64,000 nt of DNA from Bacteroidia bacterium. GTDB taxonomy: Bacteria > Bacteroidota > Bacteroidia > AKYH767-A > OLB10. Of the stretch, positions 9,353 to 19,343 are shown one piece after another. The stretch is taken from contig JAEUTI010000008.1 in NCBI GenBank assembly GCA_016788065.1, positions 62,428 through 126,427 on the forward strand. Reading direction: 5' to 3'. Each line of letters starts with the position of its first letter. Positions within the stretch are counted from its first letter, which is position 1. Position numbers and translations under genes: made by a program. The notes under the pieces were generated by a model. It did no database searches. It saw only the letters and a program-made list of their open reading frames with translations, and was not told the DNA's origin.

Positions 9353-10761
9353 TGAAAAATTATTTTCAACTAAAATATGCGATTGTAAAACAACTGATAC
9401 TTGTTGTCACTGGTTTTGCAATTTTAATCTCTTGTAATTCCGGCAAACAACAAACGGATCTAACTTTTAATAAGGAAATTGCTCCTTTGATTCATAAGCA
9501 CTGTACAACTTGTCACCGGCCTGGTGAAGCCGGACCATTTAATTTGATTACCTATAAAGATGTAAGAAAAAAAGCCAAAACTATTGCTCGCGTAGTTGAA
9601 ACGGGTGTCATGCCACCATGGCCGGCAGATCCGGAATACACTCATTTTGTCGGGGAGAAAATTTTAACTAATGCAGAAAAAGAAATGATTGTAACATGGG
9701 TCAATGCTGGTTGTCCCGAAGGAAAGGCTTCAGACCTGAAACCAGCTCCCATCTATCCGGAAGGTTCACAATTAGGAAAGCCTGATGTTGTAATTCGAAT
9801 GGAGGAACCGTTCACAATTCCCGGTGATAACCGTGATCGGTTTATGGTTTTTAAGATTCCTTATGAGTTGGATAGAGATACTTTTCTGAGAATGGTTGAA
9901 TATGTTCCGGGCAACCGAAAACTTTCGCATCATGTAAATGGTCATATTATTCAATACGACGACAAGCTTAAAAAAGATGTGTTTGTTGGTCCCCGATATG
10001 TTGACCGGGAAGATGCAGGAACTCTTGACTCCTGTTACAAGTTTTTGAAATTACTTAATGATGATGAGACCTATCCATTACTTACTCCTAGTGTATTCAA
10101 TTTTTTACCAGGTGTTTTACCTCAACAATATCCTGATGGAATAGGAGGGTACCGTATTAAAAAGAAAGGCGCTATCCTGATGCGTGATCTTCACTATGGA
10201 CCTACTCCGGTTTCTGAAACAGATCAGCCACATGTCAATTTGTTTTTTAGTCCAAAGCCACCATCGCGTCCTTTTATGGAAACGCAATTGGGTACTCTGG
10301 GAATTTCCGAAATTGTACCTCCTCTGTTAATTCCACCCGACACCGTCATGAAATTTGTAACCAAAGCATTAATTTATCATGATATATCATTGGTTACTAT
10401 AAATCCACATATGCATTTGTTGGGTAAATCATTCCTGGCATATGCGATTACTCCACAAGCCGACACCATTCGGTTGGTAAGAATTCCAAAGTGGGATTTC
10501 AGGTGGCAATATTTCTATACATATCCAACTATGCTTAAAATACCCGCGGGATCAACTATTGTCGCCGAAGGAGTATTTGATAATACCAAAAACAATCCAA
10601 ATAATCCCTTTAGTCCACCCCGGGAAATCACCGGTTTAGGTGGCAGCATGCGAACAACAGATGAAATGTTTCAACTCATTCTCACTTTTTTACCTTATTT
10701 CCCGGGTGATGAACAAATTCGTCTTGATAACATTTTGCCGGGTCAAACCGGATTGGAATGA
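9349..10761 (+). CDS. Lipoprotein with an N-terminal cytochrome c domain fused to a copper type II (PHM/DBH-like) monooxygenase-like domain
   Basis: Lipobox ILISCNSG. It has the heme motif CTTCH with flanking PGEAGPFNL. Candidate Cu-site ligands run in PHM/DBH order: SHHVNGH…DLHYG (CuH-like), then INPHMHLLG…TTDEMFQLIL (CuM-like H-x-H…M, compare TTDEMC…YY in DBH/PHM). Domain assignment is from recalled motifs. Confidence 0.5.
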   Translation: MMKNYFQLKYAIVKQLILVVTGFAILISCNSGKQQTDLTFNKEIAPLIHKHCTTCHRPGEAGPFNLITYKDVRKKAKTIARVVETGVMPPWPADPEYTHFVGEKILTNAEKEMIVTWVNAGCPEGKASDLKPAPIYPEGSQLGKPDVVIRMEEPFTIPGDNRDRFMVFKIPYELDRDTFLRMVEYVPGNRKLSHHVNGHIIQYDDKLKKDVFVGPRYVDREDAGTLDSCYKFLKLLNDDETYPLLTPSVFNFLPGVLPQQYPDGIGGYRIKKKGAILMRDLHYGPTPVSETDQPHVNLFFSPKPPSRPFMETQLGTLGISEIVPPLLIPPDTVMKFVTKALIYHDISLVTINPHMHLLGKSFLAYAITPQADTIRLVRIPKWDFRWQYFYTYPTMLKIPAGSTIVAEGVFDNTKNNPNNPFSPPREITGLGGSMRTTDEMFQLILTFLPYFPGDEQIRLDNILPGQTGLE

Positions 10762-10812
10762 AAATATCGGATATTTGATACAAAATTGAATACTTAAACC
10801 GTTATATCCGGA

Positions 10813-11103
10813 ATGAATTTCTTGAAATATATTAAAAAATGGATTTTCCTGTTACTTCTGGTGATTCCTTTGGTTGGGATGGCTCAGGATGATAAGAAGC
10901 CATCTAAAAAACAGAAAAAGGCTGATCAAAAGAAGGAACAACGAGCGAAAGAATCTAAGAAATCTGAATTCCAAAGCAAGAAGCAGCATCTTAAATTACA
11001 GGATAAAGCTACCCGTAAACGAATGAAAAAACACAAACGCAAAGGAATGCGTTATGTTTCTACCAAGCCAAATTTCTTTCAGCGATTATTTAATACCCGC
11101 TGA
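10813..11103 (+). CDS. Small secreted lysine-rich protein (hypothetical)
   Basis: Signal peptide MNFLKYIKKWIFLLLLVIPLVGMA, then about 70 aa very rich in K, R and Q. Its stop abuts the smc stop codon on the other strand. Confidence 0.4.
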   Translation: MNFLKYIKKWIFLLLLVIPLVGMAQDDKKPSKKQKKADQKKEQRAKESKKSEFQSKKQHLKLQDKATRKRMKKHKRKGMRYVSTKPNFFQRLFNTR

Positions 11104-14100
11104 TCAGGCATACTCACGTAAGTCGACAGGAACAACTTGCGTAACCCCTTGTTCAACCATGGTAATTCCGTACATAATGTCGGTAGCTGCCATGGTTTTT
11201 TTGTTGTGAGTGATGATGATGAATTGAGATTCAGCAGAGAATTTCTTGATGATTTTATTGAATTTATCAATGTTGGAATCATCCAACGGAGCATCAACCT
11301 CATCAAATATACAGAACGGAGAAGGTTTCAAAAGGTAAATACCAAACAGCAATGCGGTTGCAGTTAATGTTTTCTCTCCTCCTGATAACTGATGAATAGA
11401 AAGTGGTTTCTTTCCTTTTGGCTGGGCAATAATCTGAACATCAGATTCCAGAGGATTTGCAAGATCAGTTAGTATAAGATCGCAATTATCTTCTTCTGAG
11501 AATAATGACCGGAATACATGGATGAAGTTTTCGCGGACAGCATGGTAAGCTTCCATGAATTTTTCTTTGGCAGTATTATCAATTTCTGCAATGGTCTTCA
11601 AAAGTGATTCCTTAGCATTTTTTAAATCTTCCTGCTCTTTAACAATAAAATCGTGACGCTCTTTAATTTCTTTAAATGATTCGAGTGCCATCGGATTGAT
11701 AGGCCCGAAGTCAGACAATTGCTTTTTCAGTTTTTCAGATCGTGTTCGAAGTTCTTCTGCATCAAGTTCCGGATTTGGTTCCTGTTCCATGATTTCTTCG
11801 AGTACAATGTTGAATTCGATATTCAGACGCTCTTTCAGGGACGTCATCTTTAAACGAAGCTCATTTATCTGATTGTGGATTTCACGGATGATGCCATCAG
11901 AATGCTCCTTTTGCTTCCGTTTTTCTGCAATCAGTTTTTCTTCCTTATCAATTTCACCTTTCGATTTATAATAATCATCTTCCTGAGTACGAACAATCAC
12001 TTCGGCACTCGATTTTTTCTCGGTGTGTTCCTTGAATAAAGCCTCTGCAGTGTGCTGTTGCTCATGCAGGGATTTTAATTGCTGAGTGATGCCTTCAAGT
12101 TCAATCAGATGTTCTTCCCGGCTGCGTGTCAGATTGCTTACCTGATTGGATTTAAAACTAATGTCCCTGGAAATATTCTGTAATTTATTCTGCTGTTGGA
12201 AAAACTGAATATTTTTCTGGTTGTAAGCGTTTGTCATATCGCTTACATGTTTCTGTAATTCATTTGAAAGATCCTGCTTGATTTTTTGCTGATCTAAAAG
12301 GTTCTGCAATTCCGTTCTTTGTGATTCAATGGAAAACCCTTTGATTGCTTCAGGATGTTCTTCAGGCTTATTCAGATTTTCATTTTCTTCAGTAAGCTGA
12401 TTTACGGTTGTTCGAGTGTAATCTATTGCCTGAACCAGGAATTCCCTGTTATTTTTCAAGGTGTTCACCTGTCCTGTTGTGCGTGCAAAATCACCATCAG
12501 TTTTGCTCACATTTCTACCGGCTTCACTAAAGGTATTTCTTTGTTCCGTTTGTTCTTTCTCAGTAGCAGCAATCTGTTTTTGTAACGAATCAATAACTTC
12601 CTGATGAGCTTTAATTTCATCAGATAGTTTCTGCAGATTTTTCTGCTTACCGGTTCTTTTTCCATCACCTAAACCAATAGATCCTCCTGCAAGCACATAA
12701 CGCTGGCGAAGGAATTTTCCATTCTTGGAAAGTAAAATATAAGAACCTTCTATAGATGAAGTATCAAATTGGCTGATGTCATCACCACCATCATATAAAT
12801 AGACATTCCCCAGTAAATGTTCGAAAAGTTTAGCATAGGCACCATCAAATTCAGTGAGTGACAACGCGCGTTTACATCCGGCAATATCTTTTGCTGATGG
12901 AGTAGGAAGGGACTTCAGATTATCAAGGACAAAAAAGTGAGCACGTCCTTTTGATGAAGTATTCAGCATTTGAAGTGCTTCCCATGCTTCTCTGGTGTTC
13001 TGTACAATAAAATGGTTGAGGAATGGTTCCAGGTAATTTTCGATGGCATTTTTATACTCATCATCACAACTGATCACTTCGGAAACCAAAGGAACTTGTT
13101 TGAACTGAGAGTTTGGAGATTTCAAAAATTTGATGGATTCAGGAAACCCTTCCATTTTTTCCAGCAAATTTTTTGTCAGCTCAAATTCATTTGATTTAAT
13201 ATCAGATTTCCTTTTCTCCTCAGCTAGTTGCTGATTTAATGTGCGAAGCTTGTTTTCGGTCTCACGAAGTTTTTGCTCAAAATCATCACGGTGTTTTTTT
13301 GCTGCCGCAGATTCTTTTTCCAGGCGTTCCCGTTCCGGAACTATTTTAGAAATTTCCTGATCGAGAGTAGCAAGTTTAGTCTCATTAGCCTGGATCTGAT
13401 CATTCAATCTTTTTAATTCTTCACCAATAGAATTGCTTCTTGCCTGACGAACAGCCGCCTGTGTTTCATAGCGATTTATTTGCTGACGTAATTCGTGGAG
13501 TTGCTGATTCAATGATTTCAGTTCTCCAACCGATTCTTCATACAAATGCTTATTGTCTTCAACATTTTGCTTCATTTCTGATAGCTGATGTTCCAGACTT
13601 TTCAGTGCTTCTTCTTCTGTTGTTTTTTCTCCGGTAAGGGATGTTATACTCTCATTTAATTCAGCAATAGTTTGTTCATCAGTTACATTTTGATGACTTA
13701 ATTGCTTTTGTTTATCATGAAGGAAAGAAATTTTTTCTTTCACATTTTTGATCTCATTCTCATTCTTTGTAATAAGAAGTATAATATCATTCAGTTCTTT
13801 TTGTACTGTCGATAAATTCTTCTCTTTTTCCAGACTCTCTGTTTTTAACTTCTGGATATTTGCCTCTATTACATCAAGGTCAACATGATGTTGTAATTTT
13901 TCATCTGAGATTGATTCTTCTCTTTTTTGAAGATCCTGAAGCGACTCTCGAAATTCACGAACAGCATATAAAGAATAAGCCATGCTTACTTCTTTATATT
14001 CATCTTTCATCCGATAAAATTTCTGAGTTTTCTTTGCCTGACTTTCTAGTTGCTTTAAACTTTTTTCTATCTCGAATAACAAATCATTAACCCTGTTAAG

Positions 14101-14661
14101 ATCAGCATCTGTTTCTTCCAGCTTCTGGAAAGTTTGTTTTTTTCTGATTTTATATTTGGAAATTCCGGCTGCTTCTTCCAGCAAAAATTTGATTGTGTTA
14201 TTCCGGTCATTCAGAATCTCATCAATCATTTTTAATTCAATAATTGCGTAACTGTCTGACCCAATTCCGGTATCCAGAAAAAGATCTGTAATGTCTTTTA
14301 ACCTGCAGGTAACATTATTTAATAAATATTCACTTTCTCCGGTACGGTACAATCTTCTGCTGATGCAAACAGTTGAGTATTCAGTTGAAAGTACCCCTTT
14401 ATTGTTCTCAAAAGTTAGGTGTACTTCAGCCAGATTTGCGGGCTTCCGGTTTTTTGTTCCATTGAAAATAATGTTCTCCATTTTTTCGGAGCGCAGCATA
14501 CGGGTTTTTTGTTCTCCCAATACCCAGCGAATGGCATCAACCACATTCGATTTCCCGGAACCATTTGGCCCGACAACTGCCGTTACACCTTTGTCGAAGT
14601 GAATAGTTACTTTATCACCAAAACTTTTAAAGCCTTTTATTTCTAATGTTGTAAGACGCAT
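11104..14661 (-). CDS. smc: Chromosome segregation protein SMC
   Basis: 1185 aa. N-terminal Walker A (GPNGSGKSN), long coiled-coil arms, a hinge, and a C-terminal LSGGEKTLTA signature with a Walker B DE. Confidence 0.95.
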   Translation of the reverse strand: MRLTTLEIKGFKSFGDKVTIHFDKGVTAVVGPNGSGKSNVVDAIRWVLGEQKTRMLRSEKMENIIFNGTKNRKPANLAEVHLTFENNKGVLSTEYSTVCISRRLYRTGESEYLLNNVTCRLKDITDLFLDTGIGSDSYAIIELKMIDEILNDRNNTIKFLLEEAAGISKYKIRKKQTFQKLEETDADLNRVNDLLFEIEKSLKQLESQAKKTQKFYRMKDEYKEVSMAYSLYAVREFRESLQDLQKREESISDEKLQHHVDLDVIEANIQKLKTESLEKEKNLSTVQKELNDIILLITKNENEIKNVKEKISFLHDKQKQLSHQNVTDEQTIAELNESITSLTGEKTTEEEALKSLEHQLSEMKQNVEDNKHLYEESVGELKSLNQQLHELRQQINRYETQAAVRQARSNSIGEELKRLNDQIQANETKLATLDQEISKIVPERERLEKESAAAKKHRDDFEQKLRETENKLRTLNQQLAEEKRKSDIKSNEFELTKNLLEKMEGFPESIKFLKSPNSQFKQVPLVSEVISCDDEYKNAIENYLEPFLNHFIVQNTREAWEALQMLNTSSKGRAHFFVLDNLKSLPTPSAKDIAGCKRALSLTEFDGAYAKLFEHLLGNVYLYDGGDDISQFDTSSIEGSYILLSKNGKFLRQRYVLAGGSIGLGDGKRTGKQKNLQKLSDEIKAHQEVIDSLQKQIAATEKEQTEQRNTFSEAGRNVSKTDGDFARTTGQVNTLKNNREFLVQAIDYTRTTVNQLTEENENLNKPEEHPEAIKGFSIESQRTELQNLLDQQKIKQDLSNELQKHVSDMTNAYNQKNIQFFQQQNKLQNISRDISFKSNQVSNLTRSREEHLIELEGITQQLKSLHEQQHTAEALFKEHTEKKSSAEVIVRTQEDDYYKSKGEIDKEEKLIAEKRKQKEHSDGIIREIHNQINELRLKMTSLKERLNIEFNIVLEEIMEQEPNPELDAEELRTRSEKLKKQLSDFGPINPMALESFKEIKERHDFIVKEQEDLKNAKESLLKTIAEIDNTAKEKFMEAYHAVRENFIHVFRSLFSEEDNCDLILTDLANPLESDVQIIAQPKGKKPLSIHQLSGGEKTLTATALLFGIYLLKPSPFCIFDEVDAPLDDSNIDKFNKIIKKFSAESQFIIITHNKKTMAATDIMYGITMVEQGVTQVVPVDLREYA

Positions 14662-14956
14662 TTCACGATCTGCTAATTAATTGGATTTTTGAAAACAGGA
14701 GTGCAAAAATAGATTTTCCACTTAGTCTGAACCTAACAAAATTAAGATAATTGCCTCGTTTTTCATATCTTTTTAACAAGTTGGCTGATTGTCAGCTATT
14801 TGATTTGTGAACAAACGGAAGCAGGCGAGTGAAAAAGTTCAGAAAGTGAATTAATGCCTGAACTCACGTCAAAATGTCATTAAAAAGCCACAAAATGAAA
14901 TTTATTGTCAAACCAATTAAAAAAAACAGATATTTGTTCACATAAGTTTCGATGGA

Positions 14957-15457
14957 ATGGATGATCTGAAGGTCATATTATATATAGTGGGCGCTATTAT
15001 CTGGGTGGTTTACAATAACTACCGTAAGATAATGGATGAATCCAAGAAACGGAATCCGGCCAAACCGGTGCCTCAGGAAGTACCAGCACCTCCAATTCAG
15101 ATGCCTCCAGTCAGTAAAACACAGCAAACGACTCGACGTCAGACCAATGCATTGCCTAAACCAGCTCGCCAAAGTTCGCCGGTTCCAACCAGAAAGCCTT
15201 TGAGAGAATCTGCAAGGCCTTCGTTGGCTTCGGGACGTAAACCAATGATTGCTCCGAGGTTATCACAACAAAAAAAGAATGAAGTTTCCATGAATTATAA
15301 CCTTGAAGGTGGTGCTATTCAACCTTCTAAAATTGTACAATTTGAAGAAACACTAACAGTCAGTGAATATGGGAATTCTGTTTTAAATGACCTCCGGGAT
15401 GGTGATATGCAAAAAGCAATTATATATTCTGAAATACTCAAAAGACCTTATAACTAG
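14957..15457 (+). CDS. Hypothetical membrane-anchored proline-rich protein
   Basis: N-terminal TM (VILYIVGAIIWVVY), a Pro/Gln/Arg-rich linker and a short conserved-looking C-terminal region. It is divergent from smc. Confidence 0.45.
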   Translation: MDDLKVILYIVGAIIWVVYNNYRKIMDESKKRNPAKPVPQEVPAPPIQMPPVSKTQQTTRRQTNALPKPARQSSPVPTRKPLRESARPSLASGRKPMIAPRLSQQKKNEVSMNYNLEGGAIQPSKIVQFEETLTVSEYGNSVLNDLRDGDMQKAIIYSEILKRPYN

Positions 15458-15585
15458 CCACTTGAATGAACATACCGGTCAATTAATTGTAAAAATTAAA
15501 ATAATGTTTGGATATTATTTTTAAATATTCATACTTTTACGCTCCTCATTATAAATTATTAAAAACCTAACATAAAAATAACCCT

Positions 15586-18500
15586 ATGCTGAGAAAAATT
15601 TACCTATTAACAGCTGCTTTTTTAGTTGCTACCGGCTTTGCGGCTTTTGCCCAAACCGGTTCAATTAAAGGTAAGGTACTTGACAAAACCACCAAGGAAC
15701 CTTTACCCTTCGCGAATGTTGTCGTGGAGATGAATGGCAGTCAGGCGGGCGGTGCGCAGACCGACTTCGATGGTAACTTCACCATCAAACCGCTTCAACC
15801 CGGCAAGTATAACCTGAAAGCCTCTTTCGTTGGTTATACCGCGGCAGAAATCACCGGAGTACTGGTGTCTGCCGACAAAATTACCTTTCAGGACATTTCA
15901 ATGCCTAAAGGTGCAGTCGATATCACTGCTGTAGAGGTTACCTCTTACAAAAACCCGATCATCGACAAGGGTAACCCTTCATCACAAACTACTGTGACCC
16001 AGGAAGAAATTCAGGTTGCACCAACCAGAGATGTGAAGTCAGTTGCTTCTACAACTGCCGGTGTATTCCAGAAAGATGAAGGAGATGATGTTAACGTACG
16101 CGGATCCAGAAGCGATGCTACCGACTACTATGTAGACGGTATCAAAGTTAGAGGTTCCACAGCACTTCCTCAGTCAGGTATCGAGCAAATCACGGTTGTA
16201 ACCGGTGGTGTTCCTGCTCAGTACGGTGATGCTACAGGAGGTATCATTAATATCACTACCAGAGGTCCTTCAAAGGAATTCTTCGGTGGAGTTGAATTTG
16301 TAACATCTGAATTATTCGATAAATATGGCTACAACCTAGCTGGTTTGAATATCTCCGGTCCGGTTTGGTCTAAAAAAGATGCTGAAGGCAAAGTTGACAG
16401 AACTATTGTTGGTTTCTTCCTTTCAGCTGAGTACCAGATTGAAAAGGATCCTGATCCATCAGCAATCGGTATGTACAAAGTGAAAGATGATATTTTTAAT
16501 GATATCAAAAGTAATCCGCTTTCTTCAACCTTAGCAGGTGGAACTGTTTTCCGTAACAAAACAGAGTACCTGAGAGCTGATGCTTTCGAAAAAATTAAAA
16601 TCAAACAAAATACTGGTTCTGCAGGATACCGTGTATCAGGTAAGATTGATATTCAACCGGTTGACAATATTACATTGACATTCGGAGGTTCTTACGATCA
16701 CAGTGATAAAAATGAGTTTATCTACACTTACTCATTATATAACTATGATAATAACAACCAGAAAATTGATGACTCCTGGAGGGTTTTTGGTCGTTTGACT
16801 CAAAAATTAGGTGGATCAAAAAGCAGTACTGAAGGTTCTGCATCTGTAATCAAGAATGCATTCTATTCGATTCAGGTAGATTATAATAAAACTAAAACCA
16901 TTTATCAGGATGAAGATCATGAAGATCGTTATTTCGATTATGGTTATATCGGTAAGTTCAATACTATCAAAAATCAAAACCTGTTCCTGAATCAGGTATT
17001 CTCGATTGATCCTATTACAGGTGATACCATCTTCACTATATTTGATAATAATGGTAACGGTATTTTGTATGAACAAGCAGCCTTACCAGGTGATTCTGTA
17101 ATTCAATATACCGGAGGTGGAGTGAATCCATTAACTCAGGCTTACACTGATCAGTATTTTACTCTTGCAGGCGACGATTACCAACAGTATTATTCAACAC
17201 TTTCTCAGGTTGCAGTAAACGGTGGTATCATCAATGGAGCGTTACCAAGAAATACTTATTCTCTTTACAGAAGTCCTGGTTACACTTACAACCAGTATCG
17301 TGTTGTTGAAGGTTCTCAATTCCGTGTTTCTGCTTCAGTTTCTGCCGACGTGAAAGATCATGCTATCGTAGCAGGATTTGAATATGAGCAACGCTCTGAT
17401 CAGGAATTCGTAATTAATCCTGTTGGTCTTTGGGGACTTGCAAGATTAAGAGCAAATGAAAACAACCAACAGCTTGACAGAAACAGCCCAACTTACATTG
17501 GTAATACTGTTTACTATCCACGTGCTTACAGCAACATCGACGGTCTAAGTGGTTTCTATGAAAACCTTAGAGCAAAATTGAATGCTTCTGGTTACAATCT
17601 CGGAATTTCTGATTTTGTTGATATCGATAATCTTGACAGAAGTTTACTTTCTCTTGATCTGTTCACTGCTGACGAATTATTAAATTCAGGAAATCAATTC
17701 ATCAACTATTATGGATATGATTATAAAGGTGAAAAGCAAAGCGGAACGCCTTCATTTGATGATTTCTGGACTGCAACTGATGCATCAGGAAATTATACAC
17801 GTCCGGTTGCTGCCTTCGAACCTATTTATATGGCAGGTTACATTCAGGATAAGTTCGCAATCAATGACCTTATCTTCAACGTAGGTCTTCGTGTTGACCG
17901 TTTTGACGCAAACCAAAAAGTATTAAAAGACAGATATCTGCTTTATCCTGCATATACTGCGGGACAAAAAGCTCCGAATCGTCCATCTAACATCGGTGAT
18001 GACTTTATTGTTTATGTTGATGATGTTAATGATCCTGAAAATGCAAATATCGTAGGTTACCGTGACGAAGACACCTGGTATGATGCAAGTGGTGTTCAGG
18101 TATCAAATCCTTCTATCCTTGCTCTTCAATCAGGTGGTGAAGTTGCTCCTTGGCTTTTAGATACAGATCTTGCAAACAATGGTGTTCAGTTAACTAAATT
18201 CAAACCATCTGACAGCTTTAAGGATTATGAGCCATCTGTATCTGTGATGCCTCGTATCGCTTTCTCTTTCCCAATTTCTGATGAAGCACTCTTCTTTGCT
18301 CACTATGATGTATTGACTCAGCGTCCTCCATCAAGATCAAGAAGTAACCCAATTGATTACTATTTCATCGAATCTCAAGGTGCATTGTTGAATAACCCAG
18401 CTCTTAAACCAGAGCGTACTACCGATTATGAAATTGGTTTCAAACAAACACTTTCAAAAAGTTCTGCATTCACAATCTCTGCATTCTACCGCGAACTTCG

Positions 18501-19308
18501 TGATATGATCCAGCAGACAGCTGTTAACTTCGCTTATCCTAAAACTTATCTTACATTCGATAACATCGATTTTGGAACTGTTAAAGGTCTGAACTTCGGT
18601 TACGATATGAGAAGAACAGGTAACGTTCGTTTAAGCGCAAATTACTCGCTTCAGTTTGCTGATGGAACCGGTTCTGGTGACAGAACTTCTGATAAACTTC
18701 TTCAGAATGGTTTCCCAAACCTGAGAACAATTGCTCCACTTGATTTCGATCAGCGTCATGCAATTACTGTTTCTGTTGATTACCGTTATGAAAGTGGTAA
18801 AGACTACAACGGTCCAATGATTAAGAATACACAGATTTTTGCTAACACAGGATTGAATGTTGTAATGCGTGCCGGTTCAGGTACTCCATACAGCCGTCAG
18901 CGTGATGTTACTACTCAGGCAAACAATATCGGACTTCAACAAGTTGGATCAGGTCTGCTTGATGGTGAAATCAACGGTTCAAGATTGCCATGGCAATATC
19001 GTATCGATCTGAAAGTAGATCGTGATTTTGAACTTAAATTTGGCAAATCTGAAGGCAGCAAACCTGTTTTCCTGAATGTCTATGTTCAAATTCAAAACTT
19101 ATTTGATACAAGAAACATCGTGAGTATTTACCGCTACACTGGTAATGCTGATGATGATGGTTATCTTGCTTCTGCAGTTGGTCAATCTCAAATCCCATTG
19201 CAAACAGATCCAACCGCATTCGTTGATCAATACAACATTAAAGTGAACGATCCATCAAACTACAGCCTTCCAAGAAGAGCAAGGATCGGTGTTAAACTTG
19301 ATTTTTAA
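15586..19308 (+). CDS. TonB-dependent outer-membrane receptor (CarboxypepD_reg-like N-domain + plug + beta-barrel), unusually long at 1240 aa
   Basis: Signal peptide. It has a CarboxypepD_reg-like domain (GSIKGKVLDKTTKEPLPFANVVV…GNFTIKPLQPGKYNLKASFVGY) and a plug (…DVNVRGSRSDATDYYVDGIKVRG…IEQITVVTGGVPAQYGDATGGIINITTRG). It ends …RIGVKLDF with a C-terminal aromatic residue. Confidence 0.85.
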   Translation: MLRKIYLLTAAFLVATGFAAFAQTGSIKGKVLDKTTKEPLPFANVVVEMNGSQAGGAQTDFDGNFTIKPLQPGKYNLKASFVGYTAAEITGVLVSADKITFQDISMPKGAVDITAVEVTSYKNPIIDKGNPSSQTTVTQEEIQVAPTRDVKSVASTTAGVFQKDEGDDVNVRGSRSDATDYYVDGIKVRGSTALPQSGIEQITVVTGGVPAQYGDATGGIINITTRGPSKEFFGGVEFVTSELFDKYGYNLAGLNISGPVWSKKDAEGKVDRTIVGFFLSAEYQIEKDPDPSAIGMYKVKDDIFNDIKSNPLSSTLAGGTVFRNKTEYLRADAFEKIKIKQNTGSAGYRVSGKIDIQPVDNITLTFGGSYDHSDKNEFIYTYSLYNYDNNNQKIDDSWRVFGRLTQKLGGSKSSTEGSASVIKNAFYSIQVDYNKTKTIYQDEDHEDRYFDYGYIGKFNTIKNQNLFLNQVFSIDPITGDTIFTIFDNNGNGILYEQAALPGDSVIQYTGGGVNPLTQAYTDQYFTLAGDDYQQYYSTLSQVAVNGGIINGALPRNTYSLYRSPGYTYNQYRVVEGSQFRVSASVSADVKDHAIVAGFEYEQRSDQEFVINPVGLWGLARLRANENNQQLDRNSPTYIGNTVYYPRAYSNIDGLSGFYENLRAKLNASGYNLGISDFVDIDNLDRSLLSLDLFTADELLNSGNQFINYYGYDYKGEKQSGTPSFDDFWTATDASGNYTRPVAAFEPIYMAGYIQDKFAINDLIFNVGLRVDRFDANQKVLKDRYLLYPAYTAGQKAPNRPSNIGDDFIVYVDDVNDPENANIVGYRDEDTWYDASGVQVSNPSILALQSGGEVAPWLLDTDLANNGVQLTKFKPSDSFKDYEPSVSVMPRIAFSFPISDEALFFAHYDVLTQRPPSRSRSNPIDYYFIESQGALLNNPALKPERTTDYEIGFKQTLSKSSAFTISAFYRELRDMIQQTAVNFAYPKTYLTFDNIDFGTVKGLNFGYDMRRTGNVRLSANYSLQFADGTGSGDRTSDKLLQNGFPNLRTIAPLDFDQRHAITVSVDYRYESGKDYNGPMIKNTQIFANTGLNVVMRAGSGTPYSRQRDVTTQANNIGLQQVGSGLLDGEINGSRLPWQYRIDLKVDRDFELKFGKSEGSKPVFLNVYVQIQNLFDTRNIVSIYRYTGNADDDGYLASAVGQSQIPLQTDPTAFVDQYNIKVNDPSNYSLPRRARIGVKLDF

Positions 19309-19343
19309 TCATTAATTAAACAAAGAAAAAAAATAACCAAAAT

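Noticed and set aside
12355-14646. Several 65-103-aa plus-strand ORFs inside smc (12355..12585, 12970..13194, 13440..13637, 13860..14090, 14291..14646)
   Set aside because: They are antisense to a strongly supported 1185-aa smc gene, have low-complexity translations and no start context, and are typical shadow ORFs.
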